A stretch of 64,000 nucleotides of DNA from Centroscyllium fabricii (lineage: Eukaryota). A program made the position numbers and the translations under genes. How positions within the stretch are numbered: position 1 is the stretch's first letter; each line of letters starts with the position of its first letter. The stretch covers positions 8,618,001-8,682,000 of the forward strand of contig JBNRSN020000014.1 in assembly GCA_051313645.2 (NCBI GenBank). The letters run 5' to 3'. Below the pieces are notes generated by a model, which saw only the letters and a list, made by a program, of their open reading frames with translations, searched no databases and had not been told where the DNA came from. Shown piece by piece: positions 40,281 through 54,654 of the stretch.

Positions 40281-43200
40281 TTATTTTTCCAAGGTAACAT
40301 TCTGTGGCCCTCTGGTATCTCACCCAAGTGGTCAATGTGTGAGGCTTAACGGTGAGACTCAGTAGGAAATTTGACCGCAGAACAGCAGTACAGCTGAGGC
40401 AATCCTTTATCCCACATCCCCACACATGGACGGTCTATCAGGGGTCATTAGATAGTGACGGGAGCCGAGGCTGATCTTTCACTTGATGCAGATCAGCTAA
40501 CTCAATACAGCCTAGGAATTGCACCCGGGACTTTCCTGCTTAGTATCGTGCAGAACCACACCAGGCTAAGGGAAGCTACAGGTCAGTATTTATTAAGAAA
40601 ACTCGCAATTGCATCCAGCAGTGCAGCTCGTGGCTGGGCCAGGGCGCTGTAACATGGCACTCTAGGCCACAAGCGTTGCAATTTCCTGTTGAGTTCCCGA
40701 ATTTAGTTGGGATATCTGGGTGCAGGCATTGGACAGAGAGGAGGTACTTCAGGAGAACCCCAGGGTAGAGCAGCATCCTGCCATGCTCTTCAATGGCTCT
40801 AGTGGTTGGTTATACACTTGCACTATGAAGTCTTGGGAACAGGGCCAAGGCCTCAATCTATCTCAGTTGCTAGGGAGTTGGAATAATGGTGCATGGAGAC
40901 ACACAGAATAGGGAGTAAATGAAAATTATAAATATGGAGGGGGAAATTAAAAAGTTAAAATACATAAATAAGGTCCTCTGAATATCAGGTAAATGCTAAT
41001 GAACAATCCGGTGCACAATAAATGTCTTTAATAAATCCCAGCGCCAGCTGCTTGGGTGATTTACATTTCAGAGGACTCCTGATCTGACCCCAACTCCGGC
41101 GACGGCGGCGTCCTGTTGAGAAAGGTAAAAGCGATTTAAACAAAAAACACGAGCTACATAATGTCAGCGTCATGCTCACAAATGCAGTGTTGCCACTCTG
41201 TGCTCTGACCTGGCTGACCACCCCCCACCACCCCCCCCCCCCCCCCCCGCCCGCCATACCATTCCTTCCAAAATCTCTGCATGGGAAAGTCAACGCTACC
41301 ACTGTAGGGTAGGGGGGTCCAAGCCAGTCACAGCTCCAGAACAAAGACAGAGCTACATCAGTGAGCCTTGATACCAAAGGGTCCGCACTATGCATACTTG
41401 AAATAGATTACTATGATAACGCAAGGCAGACAAATACGATTGAACCCGATTGATAGCAAAAGATTTAAAAACACCATTACGCTATCAATGGCGCCCAGAT
41501 TCAGTCCCCAATTGTAACCAGGTGTCAGTGATGTATGTCTTCAGCATGTAACATGCAGTGCCTTCCGGTGCCAGGCAACACAAGCTGGTGAGAGCTGGCA
41601 TGAACTGCAGATAGGCAACAGTGGCTATTTCCATATCAGCGTTACTTATTTAGCTTTGTCATTTGTGATTTTTTTCCTCTCTCTTCCACTTCTCCCGTTG
41701 ACTCATGCCTGGGTGCGGTTCTACGGATGGCGACAAATCTCCACCACCCTGCTCATGTGACCACATGTGGGATTGGACAGTGCGCGGTGGCAGTGGGTAG
41801 CAGCGTAGTTGAGCTAGATTCTGTCCCAGCAGGGGTCACCAGTATCGATCAGGACAAGGAATCCTGGCTGATTTTTCTCGATCAGGGGGGTGGGAGGGCG
41901 GCTGTGTTTAGCTATATCAGCAGAGCCATCGGGAAGCTCTAACGCAGTGTTAGAATATTGTCTCTCTCTAATCCTCCATTATTTTTCCTTTCAGGCATTG
42001 TCTGATGGTGGTAATACACAGATGGCACGCTGTGTGGAACTGACGGGAGTGGGTTTTCTTACCAAAAGTGACTGGTGATGAATATGATCATTTATTTGCC
42101 GTAACGCCCAGGTGAAAATAGTAAGACTTGGGAACAACACGCCACCATGAATTTTAGATATTATCTCCATGGACAGGAATTTCAAGATAGCCACAAAGGC
42201 ACCTGAAGAGAAGCAACTCACACGACATAATTAATATTAAAATCCAGCCTTGTAATAATCCCATTAATATATTAAAAATTAAATTAGTAAAACTGACATG
42301 ATGAATAGCTTATTTTTGTTTAATCCCCTCAATTTCTCCCCTCCTCTCCTATGCGTACCGACTCTGGTTGGGGTATGATCCCACAGACACTTGGTGCCTT
42401 CTGCTCTTCCCCCTATTTGTGTGGGAGCCTAGACAGTGAATGTGCCAGTGTGTCCTGGTACCTGTTGGCGCGTGCCGCTCAGGCAGTGCTTTTAGCCACT
42501 GATTCTTCGGATGATCCGTGAATAGCTTAATTGCAAATGAACACCCCACCCCACCCCCAGTCCTGCCCCCATATATGTTGTGTATGCAGAATATAGAATG
42601 GCAAGAGCCCACTATCTTACAGCCAAAAGGAAGGCCAATTTTTACATTTGTCATTTCACAGCTCCCTGTTGCACACTTCCTGCCAGCCAGAGAAATTCAG
42701 CGAGTTATATCTCATCAGAGAGCAAGGGAGACATCCTTTGCTACTGAAAGGATTGCCAAGTTCTGTTGACCAGCTCAGTGGAAAGCAACCCATAATTTCT
42801 TGGCTTCTTTGACAGCTTGCTGCCAGCTAATGGGAAATGCGGTTGCACCAAATATTTATCCTTTGCCAAGCTTCGCCTCCACGGCCAGCAGTAAGCAGCC
42901 ACTCCTGAGTTTTTGATGGGGATCGACAGCCATCTTCGGGCAGTCATGAAAATCCACAATGGCGTACGAGCCAAATAAAATATGAACCTTAGCGGCTTTG
43001 AGGAATGGTTTTGTTAATTGACAAGAAAAGTAAATATGTTAATTCCACATCAGCGAACTCTGTTCTATAGTGTAAGAGGAGCTCCTCTTCTTTTTGTGTC
43101 TTCTCGCTGTGGGGAACAGTGTGAAGCAGTGCAAGGATTCACAGGCTGATTAACGGTCTCACTGGCCGCATTAATGCTTCTTCCACGGCCGTAACCATCT

Positions 43201-44081
43201 TCATAGCAGCCGATGGAGCGGTGAGTCCTCTACGTAAGGGGAGTTGTTTAAACGGTTGGTTGTGGAATGGTGTGGGTGGGGAAGACATTCAAAAACCCCC
43301 AAATGCCCTTAGTTGTTGATCACCTCACAAACTAAGATGGATGGTGAGGTGGTGAGGTTGAATGTGTTCTCAAAGGTTGATTTGACATTTCTTAAAATGA
43401 GCGTCTTCTTTTATAAATGGAAGAAAGATAAAGCTGGGAGAGAACTGGAGTCTTTCAGCGCCACCACAATAAATGTGGTGCCAATAAAGCGGAAATCAAT
43501 CGCAATGGTGGTTGCGGTTAGTTGTTTAGTATTGGTTGACAGTGAAAGTTAGCCGGTGCCGTAATGTAATGTTAGTGAAGGATGTTAATTGGTATTAGAC
43601 ACAAACGATATGAGTTTGAAAAATACCACGAGCAAAGATGAGCCAAATAGAGCCAACAATGGAGCATTTGGATAATCCAATGTCAGAATAGGCCATAGGA
43701 CAAAAGGTTATTTCATCTGAAATCATTTTTTGCTAAAAGAAACCTTCCGTCTTCCATGATGGTGGCACCGGGAGTGCCTTGCTTTAATCTTGACCCTGCA
43801 GTCATTCAGGTTCTTGCAAGATCACATAAGTCAAAAATCAGAATAATTACACTGGAGATGGTGCAAAAAAGATTCACAAGGCTGGTACCAGAACGGAGAG
43901 GTTATTTTTAAATCAGGAGAGACTGAACGGGCTGGGGCGCTTTTCTCTAGAAAAGGGAAGGCTGTGGGGTGACCTAATAGAGCTCTTTAAAATTATGAAG
44001 GGGTTTGATAAGGTGGATGTAGAAGACGTTTCCACTTATAGGGGAGATTAAAACTAGGGCCATAAATATAAGACAGCCGAC

Positions 44082-44780
44082 ACCAACAACAACAAGTATT
44101 TATATAGCGCTTTTAACGTAGTAAAACGTCCCAAGGCGCTTCACAGGACTGTTATAAGACAAAAAATGTGACACGAGCCACATAAGGAAAAATTAGGGCA
44201 GGTGACCAAAAGCTTGGTCAAAGAGGTCGGTTTTAAGGAGCGTCTTAAAGGAGGAGAGGTAGCGAGGGGGAGAAGTTTAGGGAGGGAATGGTGGAGCGAT
44301 TATAATCAGGGATGCTCAAGAGGGCAGAATTAGAGGAGCGCATATATCTGGGGGGGGGGGGGGCGGGGGGTTGTGGGGCTGGAGGAGATTACAGAGATAG
44401 GGAGGGGCGAGGCCATGGAGGGATTTGAAAACAAGGATGAGAATTTTGAAATCGAGATGTTGCTTAACTGGGAGCCAATGTAAGTCAGCGAGCACAGGGG
44501 GTGATGGGTGGATGGAACTTGGTGCAAGTTCGGACACAGGCAGCCGAGTTTTGGATGACCTCAAGTTTACGTAGGGTGGAATATGGGAGGCAAGCCAGGA
44601 GTGCGTTGGAATAGTCAAGTCTAGAGGTAACAAAGGTACGGACGAGGGATTCAGCAGCGGATGAGCTGAGGCAAGGACGGAGACGGGCAATGTTATGGAG
44701 GTGGAAATAGGCAGTCTTAGTTATGCTGTGGATATGTGGTCGGAAGCTCATTTCAGGGTCAAATATAACACCAAGGTTGA
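44082..44780 (-). mobile_element. L2-like LINE 3' portion
   Basis: NLGVIFDPEMSF...TSRLDYSN; same family as 9700. Confidence 0.87.
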
Positions 44781-44910
44781 GTTGAAACTGAGCCAGCTGC
44801 TGATGTACGGCATTTCTTGAAGGCAAACAATAAATCCAATGGGCAATTCGGGAGAAACGTCTTCACCCAGAGAGTGGGGAGAATGTGGAACTCGCTGCCA
44901 CAGGGAGTGG

Positions 44911-45862
44911 TTCAATTCAATTCAATTCAAGTTTTGTCATTGCAGAGTACGAGTGCAATACAACGAAACGAAGATTCGCCGCTCCCGAGAGTGGTGCAAA
45001 TAAGTTACATACAATTTCATACAATAAAGTACATTTCAGGTGTGCAGATACTGGAGTTTTTTGTTAGAGTTCAGGAGGCTGACAGCCCTGGGGAAGAAGC
45101 TGTTCTTGAATCTAGTCGTGCGGCTGCGAATTGATCTGTAGCATCTCCCGGAGGGCAGGGGGGCGAACAGACTGTGGCTGGGGTGTGTGGGCTCTTTAAT
45201 AATGTTCAGAGACCTCCGTAGGCAACGTTTGAGGTAGGTGCGTTCGATTGACGGTAGCTGGGTGCCGGTGATTCGTTGGGCAGTTTTGACTACCCGCTGC
45301 AGGGCCATCCGGTCTGAGATGGTGCAGTTCCCATACCAGACTGTGATGCAGTTTGTCAGTATGCTTTCGATTGTGCAGCGGTAGAAGTTGGTGAGGATGC
45401 CAGATGACAGCTTGGCTTTTCTCAGCTTCCTTAGGAAGTACAGGCGCTGTTGGGCCTTCTTAATCAGAGAGGAGGTGTTTAGTGACCAGGAGAGGTCTTC
45501 CGAGATGTGGACTCCGAGGAACTTGAAGCTGGACACCCTTTCCACCTCAGCCCCTTGGATGAAGATGGGGGTGTGTCTTCTGCTTTTAGTCTTCCGGAGG
45601 TCCACTATGATCTGCTTGGTTTTCTTGGTGTTCAGTGCCAGGTTGTTATCGGCACACCATCCCACAAGGCGCTGAATCTCATCCCTGTAGGCTGACTCAT
45701 CATTGTTGGTGATCTGGCCAACCACCGTGGTGTCGTCCGCGAACTTGATGACCGTGTTGGAGCCGTGGGCAGCCGCACAGTCATGGGTGAAGAGGGAGTA
45801 GAGGAGGGAGTAGAGGAGGGGGCTCAGCACACAGCCTTGTGGGGCCCCCGTGTTCAGGGTAA
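44911..45862 (-). mobile_element. Rex1/Babar-type non-LTR retrotransposon, 5'-truncated, open RT C-terminus, (TTGAA)n tail
   Basis: TGAPQGCVLSP..FTHDC..KFADDTTVVG..KKAQQRLYFLRKL; splits a CR1 3' fragment (44820-44910 / 45875-46045). Confidence 0.9.
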
Positions 45863-46481
45863 AGGGGGGGAGGTGAGGTTGAGGCGAATAGCACAGATGT
45901 ATTTAAGGGGAAACTGGATAAACACATGAGAGTCAAAGGAATAGGAGAATATGCTGATAGGGTGAGATAAAGAGGGGTGGGAGGAGGCTCATGTGGTGCA
46001 TAATGGCCTGTTTCTGTCCTGTTTGTCCTGTAGATTCGATGTAATATGGTTGAAACTTCTGATATACTCCAGTTCTTGAAGGCAAACAATTCAATTTTGA
46101 AATCACTGATTTTCAACACGTCCTTTATAATCTTATGGCTAGTCCTTTCGATTGAGGGGGAAATATATGTGAGGCACATCAAGCTAATTCTGGGAAGAGG
46201 GATGTCTTGCCTCTTTGCATTCTGTGATGTCTTCCAGTTCAAGTTTAGCAAGCATTGCCTCAGTTATTCCATCCCAGCCCAGCCCTTGAGTTGCTGTAAT
46301 TTAGTTTTCAAACTTTTCTGAAGATATGAATTCACAGAAAATTCCAGCTATTTGAGGATGTTAGGAAAGAGCAGCATTTCAGGAGAATTATACACTGATT
46401 AGGATCAAGCATTTTAGTTTCACTCATCTTTATTATGACATGTCTAAGCAAGAATCAGTGCCAAATTATAGATAGTATTTA

Positions 46482-46817
46482 CAGGAAACTCTCGATTTAC
46501 CAGCACCTAAATAACTGGAAATCTCTGTTAACCGGCAAAATTCAGGAGTAGGTTCAGGTAAGTTTTACTTTATATTAGTGGCTGTTCCTGGATCTGTGGC
46601 CATGTAACCGGGGTTCCTGCACCTGTTGCTAAGCAACAGGGAAGCCTGGATCTTGAAGCTGTGGTTCTTGCACCTGTTGCTAAGCAACAGGGAAGCCTGG
46701 ATTTGTTGCTGTGTACGGGGCTCTCTACATTTTACTATACCTCTCTGTAATCTGGACTTATTGATAAACCGGCACCGCGCCGGTCCCATTGGCGCCGGAT
46801 AAAAAAAGAATTTCCTG
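46482..46817. mobile_element. Tigger/pogo-like MITE with an internal 51-bp duplication
   Basis: TA TSD; TIR CAGGAAACTCT / AGAATTTCCTG. Confidence 0.7.
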
Positions 46818-49431
46818 TATTCTACTATGGATCTGTACTAATTAGGATTTAGCTGAATTCAGTCTAAAGCCAAGTGGTGTGGAGGCTCTCAACTGTGTTC
46901 CTTCTCTTAGGCTTGAGCGTAGTGTGGGAATCCAGAACAATGGAGCGATAGTGTTGTTGGTTTTTCTCAGTGTAGCTTTAGGTGATGTGTGGCTGCACTC
47001 ACATGGACTGGCATCTGAAGCCCAAGATAATCAGAACTTAGTGAATTTCCTAAATGGGAAAAATATCTGAATAGGTCTTTATTCAGAAATGAAACTTCAT
47101 AGCACATTCCAAATGTCCCACTTCGAACCTCAGGTACTAACTGAGGTAGGTCTGGTTTGGTGTTCACGCGCTCCCCTCCCATTCTTACCTGGATGTAAGG
47201 AGGCTTCACATTGCTGTTCCAGAGGAGACGGTGGGGAGGCCCAACTTAGATTTCTTTGCGGATATAATTAACTCTGCTTCTCAGTTGTCTACCAACGAGT
47301 GCATCAAGTTATCAGAGGACCCCTCCCCTTTAGAAGGCCCATCTTTTACCTCATTTGAGCCTTTGGTGACCGGTGAAAAGACCTCCAGGAAATCAGGACT
47401 GTTTTTGATAGCCAATTATGGGAATACAAATCAGACAAAAGAAGAGAAATAAGAAAAACAAGAGAAATTCTAAAGCCCCTCCAGTGGCTGCATTGCTGAA
47501 TGCACCGCATTTGCAATACGGAGCAATGCAGAGCAGGAAGATATCAGATTGGAGTATTGGACTGTGTTGAGCTAGCTTATCCCAGCTAGTCTGTCCATAA
47601 CTTCACTTAGCCTCCTTCAGATAGGGAAGGCAAAAAAAATCAGCAAGGATTCTTGTTTCTGGTCACTGTCTGTGACCCCACCAGAACATGTATGTATATG
47701 GATGTGGATTGAGGTCTTGACCAGGGTCAGATTAATGCCCCCATGATTCAACAGTCTGCTGACAGCCACAGTCCAAGCTCACACATGAAGACCAACCAGT
47801 TGGGTGAGGTACCAGAGGTCAGCAGCTTCAGGTGAGGAGGGGCAAAAACTTGAAAAACAAAACCAAAACAAGAAATGGTAAGTAGGTCAAAAACTTTTGG
47901 TGATGAAGGTTTGAACAGTGGATAACACCGTATGTACCAACCCTAGTGTGCTTCTCAATAAATAGCTTTTTGGCTCAGTAGTGCATTGATGGGTCGCCAT
48001 TTTTGGTGTCTACACTTCAGCATTCTAATGACCTCGAATAAACTATGGACATGTTTAATGATAATTTAATACATTTTTGGATCTCTTGTTGTCGACATAA
48101 CTTAAGACACAAAAATGCCACATTTTGGTGACGCTGTATTGAAATCTCACCAAGATAGGTTCAAGCAGCGAAACCCAATGTGACGTGCACCAACATGCAA
48201 CATGCAACTGTATCCCTCGACAGGCAGACCCGGCTCTGTGCTATGTGTTATTTTCTCAACCATCAATTTGCACCATATTCAAAAGGAATCCATCTCAGTT
48301 ATTCAATGAACGTGCATCATGGGATCTCCTTCCTCCATAGCATCAGGCAGAGAAGATCATTCCACCCTAAGACCATTTGGACATGGTTGGGACAAGTGAT
48401 CTGCGATGAGCCAGCAAATCCCCTGAATTCCACACTCACTGTGTGTAGCACTGCTTGTTGCCCGAAGGCTATCATTCTGCATAAAAAGTCCCGGAAAGAG
48501 CGACAGTAGCTGTTTCCGAGTGGATCTGAGCAATAGCAAATCACTTGTCCCAGACATGAACACCACAGATGAAAAAGTTCGATCATATCAGCGTGCAACA
48601 AGTCGGCTCTGGGGTAAAGTATCAGGGACCATTTAAATTCTTAACATTCATAAATTTCTGAAATCTTAATAGTCCAGGAGAGTTTGAAACATTCATATCA
48701 TTTCTACTTTGTCTAAATAATGATTACACTGTTTTATTGTTTAATACTTGCTCCCCATTTTGCATCTTATTTCTTCCACTTTCTTGTTTTAACCTGGCCA
48801 CACCCTGTACTATTCACCAACGAGGGAGTGGCTAGACAACATCCTCCCAGGTTCCTAGCTCTGCTCATTTCCAATTAGGAGTGTAATGGACGGACTCTGG
48901 TTTGCTCTCCCTCAATCCAGAGAAATGCATTGACGATTGAATGGCTTCTACCCCTGGCCTCCTCAGTAGGTCAACTGAGGTCTGGAACTCCTCATGGGAA
49001 TGACAGTGATTTCTACAACTGTATGTGCCACCCAAAGTGCAGTCAAGTTTGAACAACAGCTAAGTATATTAGTGATGCTGCTATGGCAGTGCTCCTCTGA
49101 ACTTTCCTCTCTTGTTCCTCTTAAGGTCCACATACACTGTCACAACATCACTATGGATGAGGAAGACCTTTCAGCCCATCATAATTCACCCATTTAGAGA
49201 GATTCTAATGTACCCCACCCCGCAACCTCCATTCTTTCTTAAATTATTCCATGTTTTTTGTCTCAACCACTCTATCTGGAAGTCTATTCCACAATTCGAT
49301 TATTCTTTGTGTGAAGGAGAATTCGCTGTCTTAAATTCTGTCCTGAAATGACCTTTTACTAGTTTGAACATGTGTCCCCTTGTTCTACTCTCACGGTTTA
49401 ATTTAAAACAATAGTCCTGGTTAATGTTTAC

Positions 49432-49552
49432 TGTAATAGAGCCACCTGGTGGACTACTGATGTATACAATAATAAAGCCATATGCAGTACAGTTCTTATT
49501 TGGAAGCCATGTTGTGCTGTTGTACATATATGCTGTATCCCAAGATATCACA
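49432..49552 (+). repeat. 5' LTR (121 bp)
   Basis: About 90% identical to 54655-54779; contains AATAAA. Confidence 0.93.
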
Positions 49553-49556
49553 GAAT

Positions 49557-49569
49557 TGGCGATGAGGAT
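49557..49569 (+). other. Primer-binding site, probably tRNA-Ser(GCU)
   Basis: TGGCGATGAGGAT versus expected TGGCGACGAGGAT. Confidence 0.7.
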
Positions 49570-49728
49570 CTGATTGCAGATTCCCTAGCTGAAATTTTTG
49601 TTGGAGGATAATCCTGCCAACCGATGGAAGGACTGTTAGAGGTTCTTCGTTTTGTAGAAAAACTTAAAAATTGAAGGTAAATTTCGAGCACACGTGGCTG
49701 AACTGTTGTCGTCGTTGCCAGAGTCCAG

Positions 49729-52700
49729 ATGGCCATGCCTATGGGAATAATAGGGCGCTTGGGTGAGTTCCAACGCGACAGAGAAACTTTCGGAGCATAT
49801 GTGGAGCGTCTAGAAATGTTTTTCACCACGAATAGTATCGTCAAAGTCTCCGATGATGTAAACCGTAACCGGGCGGTTTTAGAAATGAAATGGGCTACTT
49901 TTTTGACTGAAGCAGGCCCCGAGATGTATGAAACCCTGAAAAATTTGCTTGTTCCTGCCAAGCCAAACACACTGAAGGAGATCCTAACCAAATTAGAACA
50001 GCACTACAGTCCTGAACCCCTGGAAATTGCTGAAAGTTATCGTTTTAGAACACATGATCAATTAAATGATGAGGGTATCAGTGAGTACAATGTAGCTTTA
50101 TCCATTCACTGTCATTTCAGAAACTTTCAGGACCGAGCTTTGCGTGATCGCTTTGTTTGTGGGTTGAAAAATGAATGTATCAGAAGTAAATTGTTGACGA
50201 CCCTTAAATTTACTTTTGACTTAGCTTGTCATACAGCTATGTTGATGGATATGGCCGACTGATACTCCCGAGAGTTCCGCGCTATTTCCAGTCATCAGAC
50301 AACCGAGGTGAATCGGCTGCAGGCTAATAGTAAAAGGCAGTTGGGCCCCAAGGCCTCAGCAACTGGCCAAGGTAATTGACGTCGTGCTATCAGTGCCTGG
50401 GACAGCACATCGCTCAAAGCTGTCCATATGTGGAGGCAGAGTGTTTCCACTGCAAGAAAACTGAGCATCTTGTGAAGGCGTGCCGACAGAAGAGTAAACC
50501 AACTGGCAATGCTCGAAGTAGAAATCGGCAGACACTACATACCGCTGAAGAGAAGCAGCAGGACGTGGAATTTCTGGAGATTCATGTTATCAGGAGTACG
50601 ACGGTATCCAACAGCGATTTGCGAGGTGTAGATGTCGCAGGAACCAGGATAGCCATGGAAATCGACACTGGTGCATCCGTGGGCATAGTACCGGAATCAC
50701 TAGATCTCGACAAGTTGCGTGATTATCGACTAGAGAAATCGAAGGTATGGCTGTGAGGCTACTCAGGACAGCAAATCTCTGTAGTAGGACTACCAGTGAA
50801 ATACAAGGATCAGTGTCAGCTTGCCCATCATAGTAGTGGCAGGAGACAAGCCTGCCTTGATAGGCAGAAATTGGTTGGGATCACTGATACTGGATTGGAA
50901 TGAGATTTTTCGTGTGGAAGCGAAATTTGCATCGAAAGATGATGTCATCAAGCAGTATCCGAAGGTGTTCAGCGAAACGGGCAGCCCGATACAAGACTTC
51001 AAGGCAAGTGTCAGAGTGCAGAAGGATGCAAGACCAGTTTACTGCAAGCCACGTCCCATACCATACGCACTCGAGGAGAAAGTTGAACAAGAACTTAAAA
51101 GACTAGAAACTGAGAACATTATCTCTAAGGTAGATCTGAGTAATTGGGCTACATCCATTGTTGTTGTACCTAAGCCTGATGGTAAGGTAAGGTTGTGTGG
51201 TGATTATAAGATAACCGTAAACCAGGTTCTAGAGTGTAACCTACCCAATACGTTGCCAAATGTGGAAGATTTGTTCACACAAGTGGCCAGGTCTTTTCGA
51301 AGTTAGATCTAACAAACACCCACCTACAACTTGAGTTAGATGAAGAATCCAAGTCATGCCTGATTATAAATACTCACCGAGGCCTATATCAGTGCAACAG
51401 GCTACAGTGCATGGCGGCACGGTGGCATAGTGGTTAGCACTGTTGCCTCACAGCTCTGGAGACCCGGGTTCAAATCCAGCCTCGGGTACTATCTGTGTGG
51501 AGTTTGCACATTCTCCCCGTGTCTGCGTGGGTTTCCTCCGGGTGCTCCGGTTTCCTCCCACAGTCCAAAGATGTACGGGTTAGGTTGATTGACCATGATA
51601 AATTGACCCTTAGTGTTAGGGGGATTGAATATGTGGGGTTACGGGGATAGGGATCGAGAGATATGGGGAGAGGGCAGGGGCGGGGTGCTGGGTTTGGATG
51701 ATCAGCCATGATCTCATTGAATGGCAGAGCAGGCTCGAAGGGCCGAATGGCCTACTCCTGCTCCTATCTTCTATGTTGCTATGTTTCTATTTGGAGTGTC
51801 TTCTGCCCCTGACATATTCCAGGGGGTGTTGAAGCTTTGCAAGGAATTGAAGGGATGGTGTGTCATTTGGATGACACTCATTTCAGCACCAAACAGGCAA
51901 ATCCATGATGAGTTGCTGACTGAAGTGCTCAAACGGTGAGAGAAGCACGGAGTGTGAGTGACAGCTCACAAGTGGGAGTTGTTTCAAAACTCAGTGGAGT
52001 ACTTAGGACACCGAGTAGGCAAAGATGGTTTACATCCAATCAAGGGAAAGCTGGATGCAATCAGAAATGCACCTGCTCCCAAGAATGTCTCTGAACTTCA
52101 ATCATTTTTGGGTCTTTTGAATTATTACGGAAAGCTCCTCCCAAACTTGGCTTAATTGTTACATCCACTGAATGAGCTGTTGAGAAAACAGGTCCCTTGG
52201 AAGTGGTCAAAGAGTGTAAATGCCAGTTAGTAGAGAACCATGTTAGTTCACTATGAAGTATCTAAGGAGATCAAGCTAGCATGTGACGCCTCTCCATATG
52301 GAGTTGGGGCAGTGATCTCTCATGTACTAGATAGTGGGGAGGAGAGACCAATTGCTTTTGCTTCACGCACTCTCAGTGCCAGTGAGCGGAATTATGCGCA
52401 GATTGAAAGGGAAAATTTGTCATTGATTTTTGGGGTCAAGTTGTTTCACAAATACTTGTTTGGTCATGTTTACCATAGTTACAGATCATAAGCCCCTAAC
52501 AGCAATCCTCCACCCAAAGTCCCCAGTTCCAACCTTAGCTGCAGCCCGAATGCAGAGATGGGCTTTGTTTTGTCAGCGTATATGTATGACATTGAGTACA
52601 GATGATCAGCTGATCACAGTAACGCTGATGCTATGTCCAGGTTGCCATCCCCATCACAGGTTACGCCCAATAAGGAAGAAGTGTTCTATTTCTCATACAT

Positions 52701-53930
52701 TGATGAGCAGCCAGTCACAGCCAAAGAGATTGGTAGGGCAACCAAACGTGACTCAATTGTGTCAAAGGTGTATCATTACATAGCAGATGGATGGCCAAAC
52801 CAGGTATCAGAGGAAGGTATCCATCCATACTTCATTCGTAGGAATGAATTGTGAGTGATTAAAGATTGTATCATGTGGGGAGCAAGAGTGGTTTTCCCAA
52901 ATAGGTTCAGGTCTAAATTGTTAGAGCTTCATGACCAGCACCTGGGAATGTGTTTGACCAAGAGCTTTGCACGCAGTTACTTATGGTGGCCAGGTTTAGT
53001 TCAGAAGTCAGTGTACAACATGTCAATCGGTGAGCAAGAAACCACCATTACAGCCATGGAAATGGCCTCCCAGAGTGTGGCAAAGGTTACATGTAGATTC
53101 TGCTCAGCTAGAAGGACAGCAATTGTTCACAGTGATAGATAGTCACTCGAAGTGGGTAGAGGTGTTTCCGATGTGGATAATAACGTCAAACAAAACACTA
53201 GACAATTTGCAAAGATTGTTTTCTTCATACGGCCTTTCAGTAGAAATTGTGCCTGATAATGGGCTGCAATTTTGTTCAGAAGAGTTCACACAGTTCATGA
53301 GCAGAAATGGTGTGAAATATACCAAAGTTCCACCGTACCACCCTGCTTCAAATGGTGCAGCAGAGCGCACAGTACAAATTGTTAAACGTGCCCTCATCAA
53401 GCAAATGTTGGATCCAAATCCAAAGAAACGTCAGTTGTCGTTGGACCACAAACTGGGAAATTTTCTGATTACCTATCGGAATACTCCTCATACCACTACT
53501 GGTAGAAAACCAGCAGAATTGTTTCTCAAATGACAGCCACGAACCAGGTTCGCGTTGTTAAAGCCAAACTTGGCACGATCTGTAGGAGAGAAACAATCAA
53601 GGCAGAAAGAGAGTCATGATAAAGGTAGAGTTAGAGAGAGAAGTGTGAAGTTGAACCAGAAGGTTAGAGTGAAGAACCATCACCATAAATGGTTAAAGTG
53701 GTTACCAGGAAGAGTAGTGAAGATATGTGGACCGCTCACATATTTGGTCAAGATGTTTGATCATGGAAAGGTTAGGTTTGTTCACATTGATCATATCTTA
53801 GCGACAGATGTGGAAGGAGTTGAAAGCTGGGATGATTCAATTTATTCTGATGAGTCAGATAGTCTTGTTACAAGTAGAGTACCAGTAGCAAATCCTACAT
53901 CAGACCTTCCAGAAGCAAGTCCAAGACAAA
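49729..53930 (+). pseudogene. Disrupted gag-pol: two CCHC knuckles, protease (IDTGAS), RT (RLCGDYK), RNase H (ACDAS), integrase (DNG..YHPASNGAAER)
   Basis: Collinear ORF fragments with stops and frameshifts. Confidence 0.92.
51413..51790 (+). mobile_element. HE1/V-SINE-like SINE inserted in the Gypsy RT
   Basis: Same head, core and CR1 tail as the 8738 copy. Confidence 0.88.
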
Positions 53931-53931
53931 G

Positions 53932-54272
53932 TGAGGGGCATAGATAGGGTAAATAGAAAGGAACTTTTTTCTTGGTAGAGGGGTCAATAACAAGGGGGCA
54001 TAGTTTCAAGGTAAGGGGTGGGAGGTTTAGAGGGGATTTGAGGAGGAACTTTTTCACCCAGAGGGTGGTTGGAATCTGGAACTCACTGCCTGAAAGGGTG
54101 GTGGAGGCAGGAACCCTCACAACATTCAAGAAGCATTTAGATGAGCACTTGAAATGCCATAGCATACAAGGCTATGGACCAAATGCAGGAAAATGGGATT
54201 AGAATAGACAGGGCTTGCTGGCTGGCACGGACGCGATGGGCCGAAGGGCCTCTTTCTGTGCTGTATGACTCT
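53932..54272 (+). mobile_element. CR1 3' fragment inserted in Gypsy
   Basis: TRGHSFKVRGGRFRGDLRRNFFTQRVV. Confidence 0.85.
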
Positions 54273-54654
54273 AAAGTCAGAATTCAAGTCGGAGCCTGAG
54301 TCAGGCAGACAAACAGTCAGAAAGTGTACAGAGTCCAAATGTAGATCAAGGTCAGCCCTTGGAGAAAAATTCTCCGCATGCTCAGCCTAGAATGAGTCAA
54401 AGTCCTGCAACAAGATCTGAAAGTTCTGTTCAAAAAAGAAGATATTCTCTTCGAAACAGAAAGCCAGTGATTAAGTTTAATCTGCAAATATGGAAAATAA
54501 GTTCATATCTTTTGTTTGTGCTACAGAATTCTATAGTAGAATTTGGAAACATAAAATGGGTTCTATTTAGAAATGTGTACCAAGAGTTGTGTATACCATG
54601 CACGTCATGTACAATGATTATTTGCTATGATTAACTTCTTCAATAAGGAGGAAG

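Noticed and set aside
43040-43760. Coding-like decayed sequence
   Set aside because: No recognisable motif; probably an ancient repeat that cannot be assigned by eye
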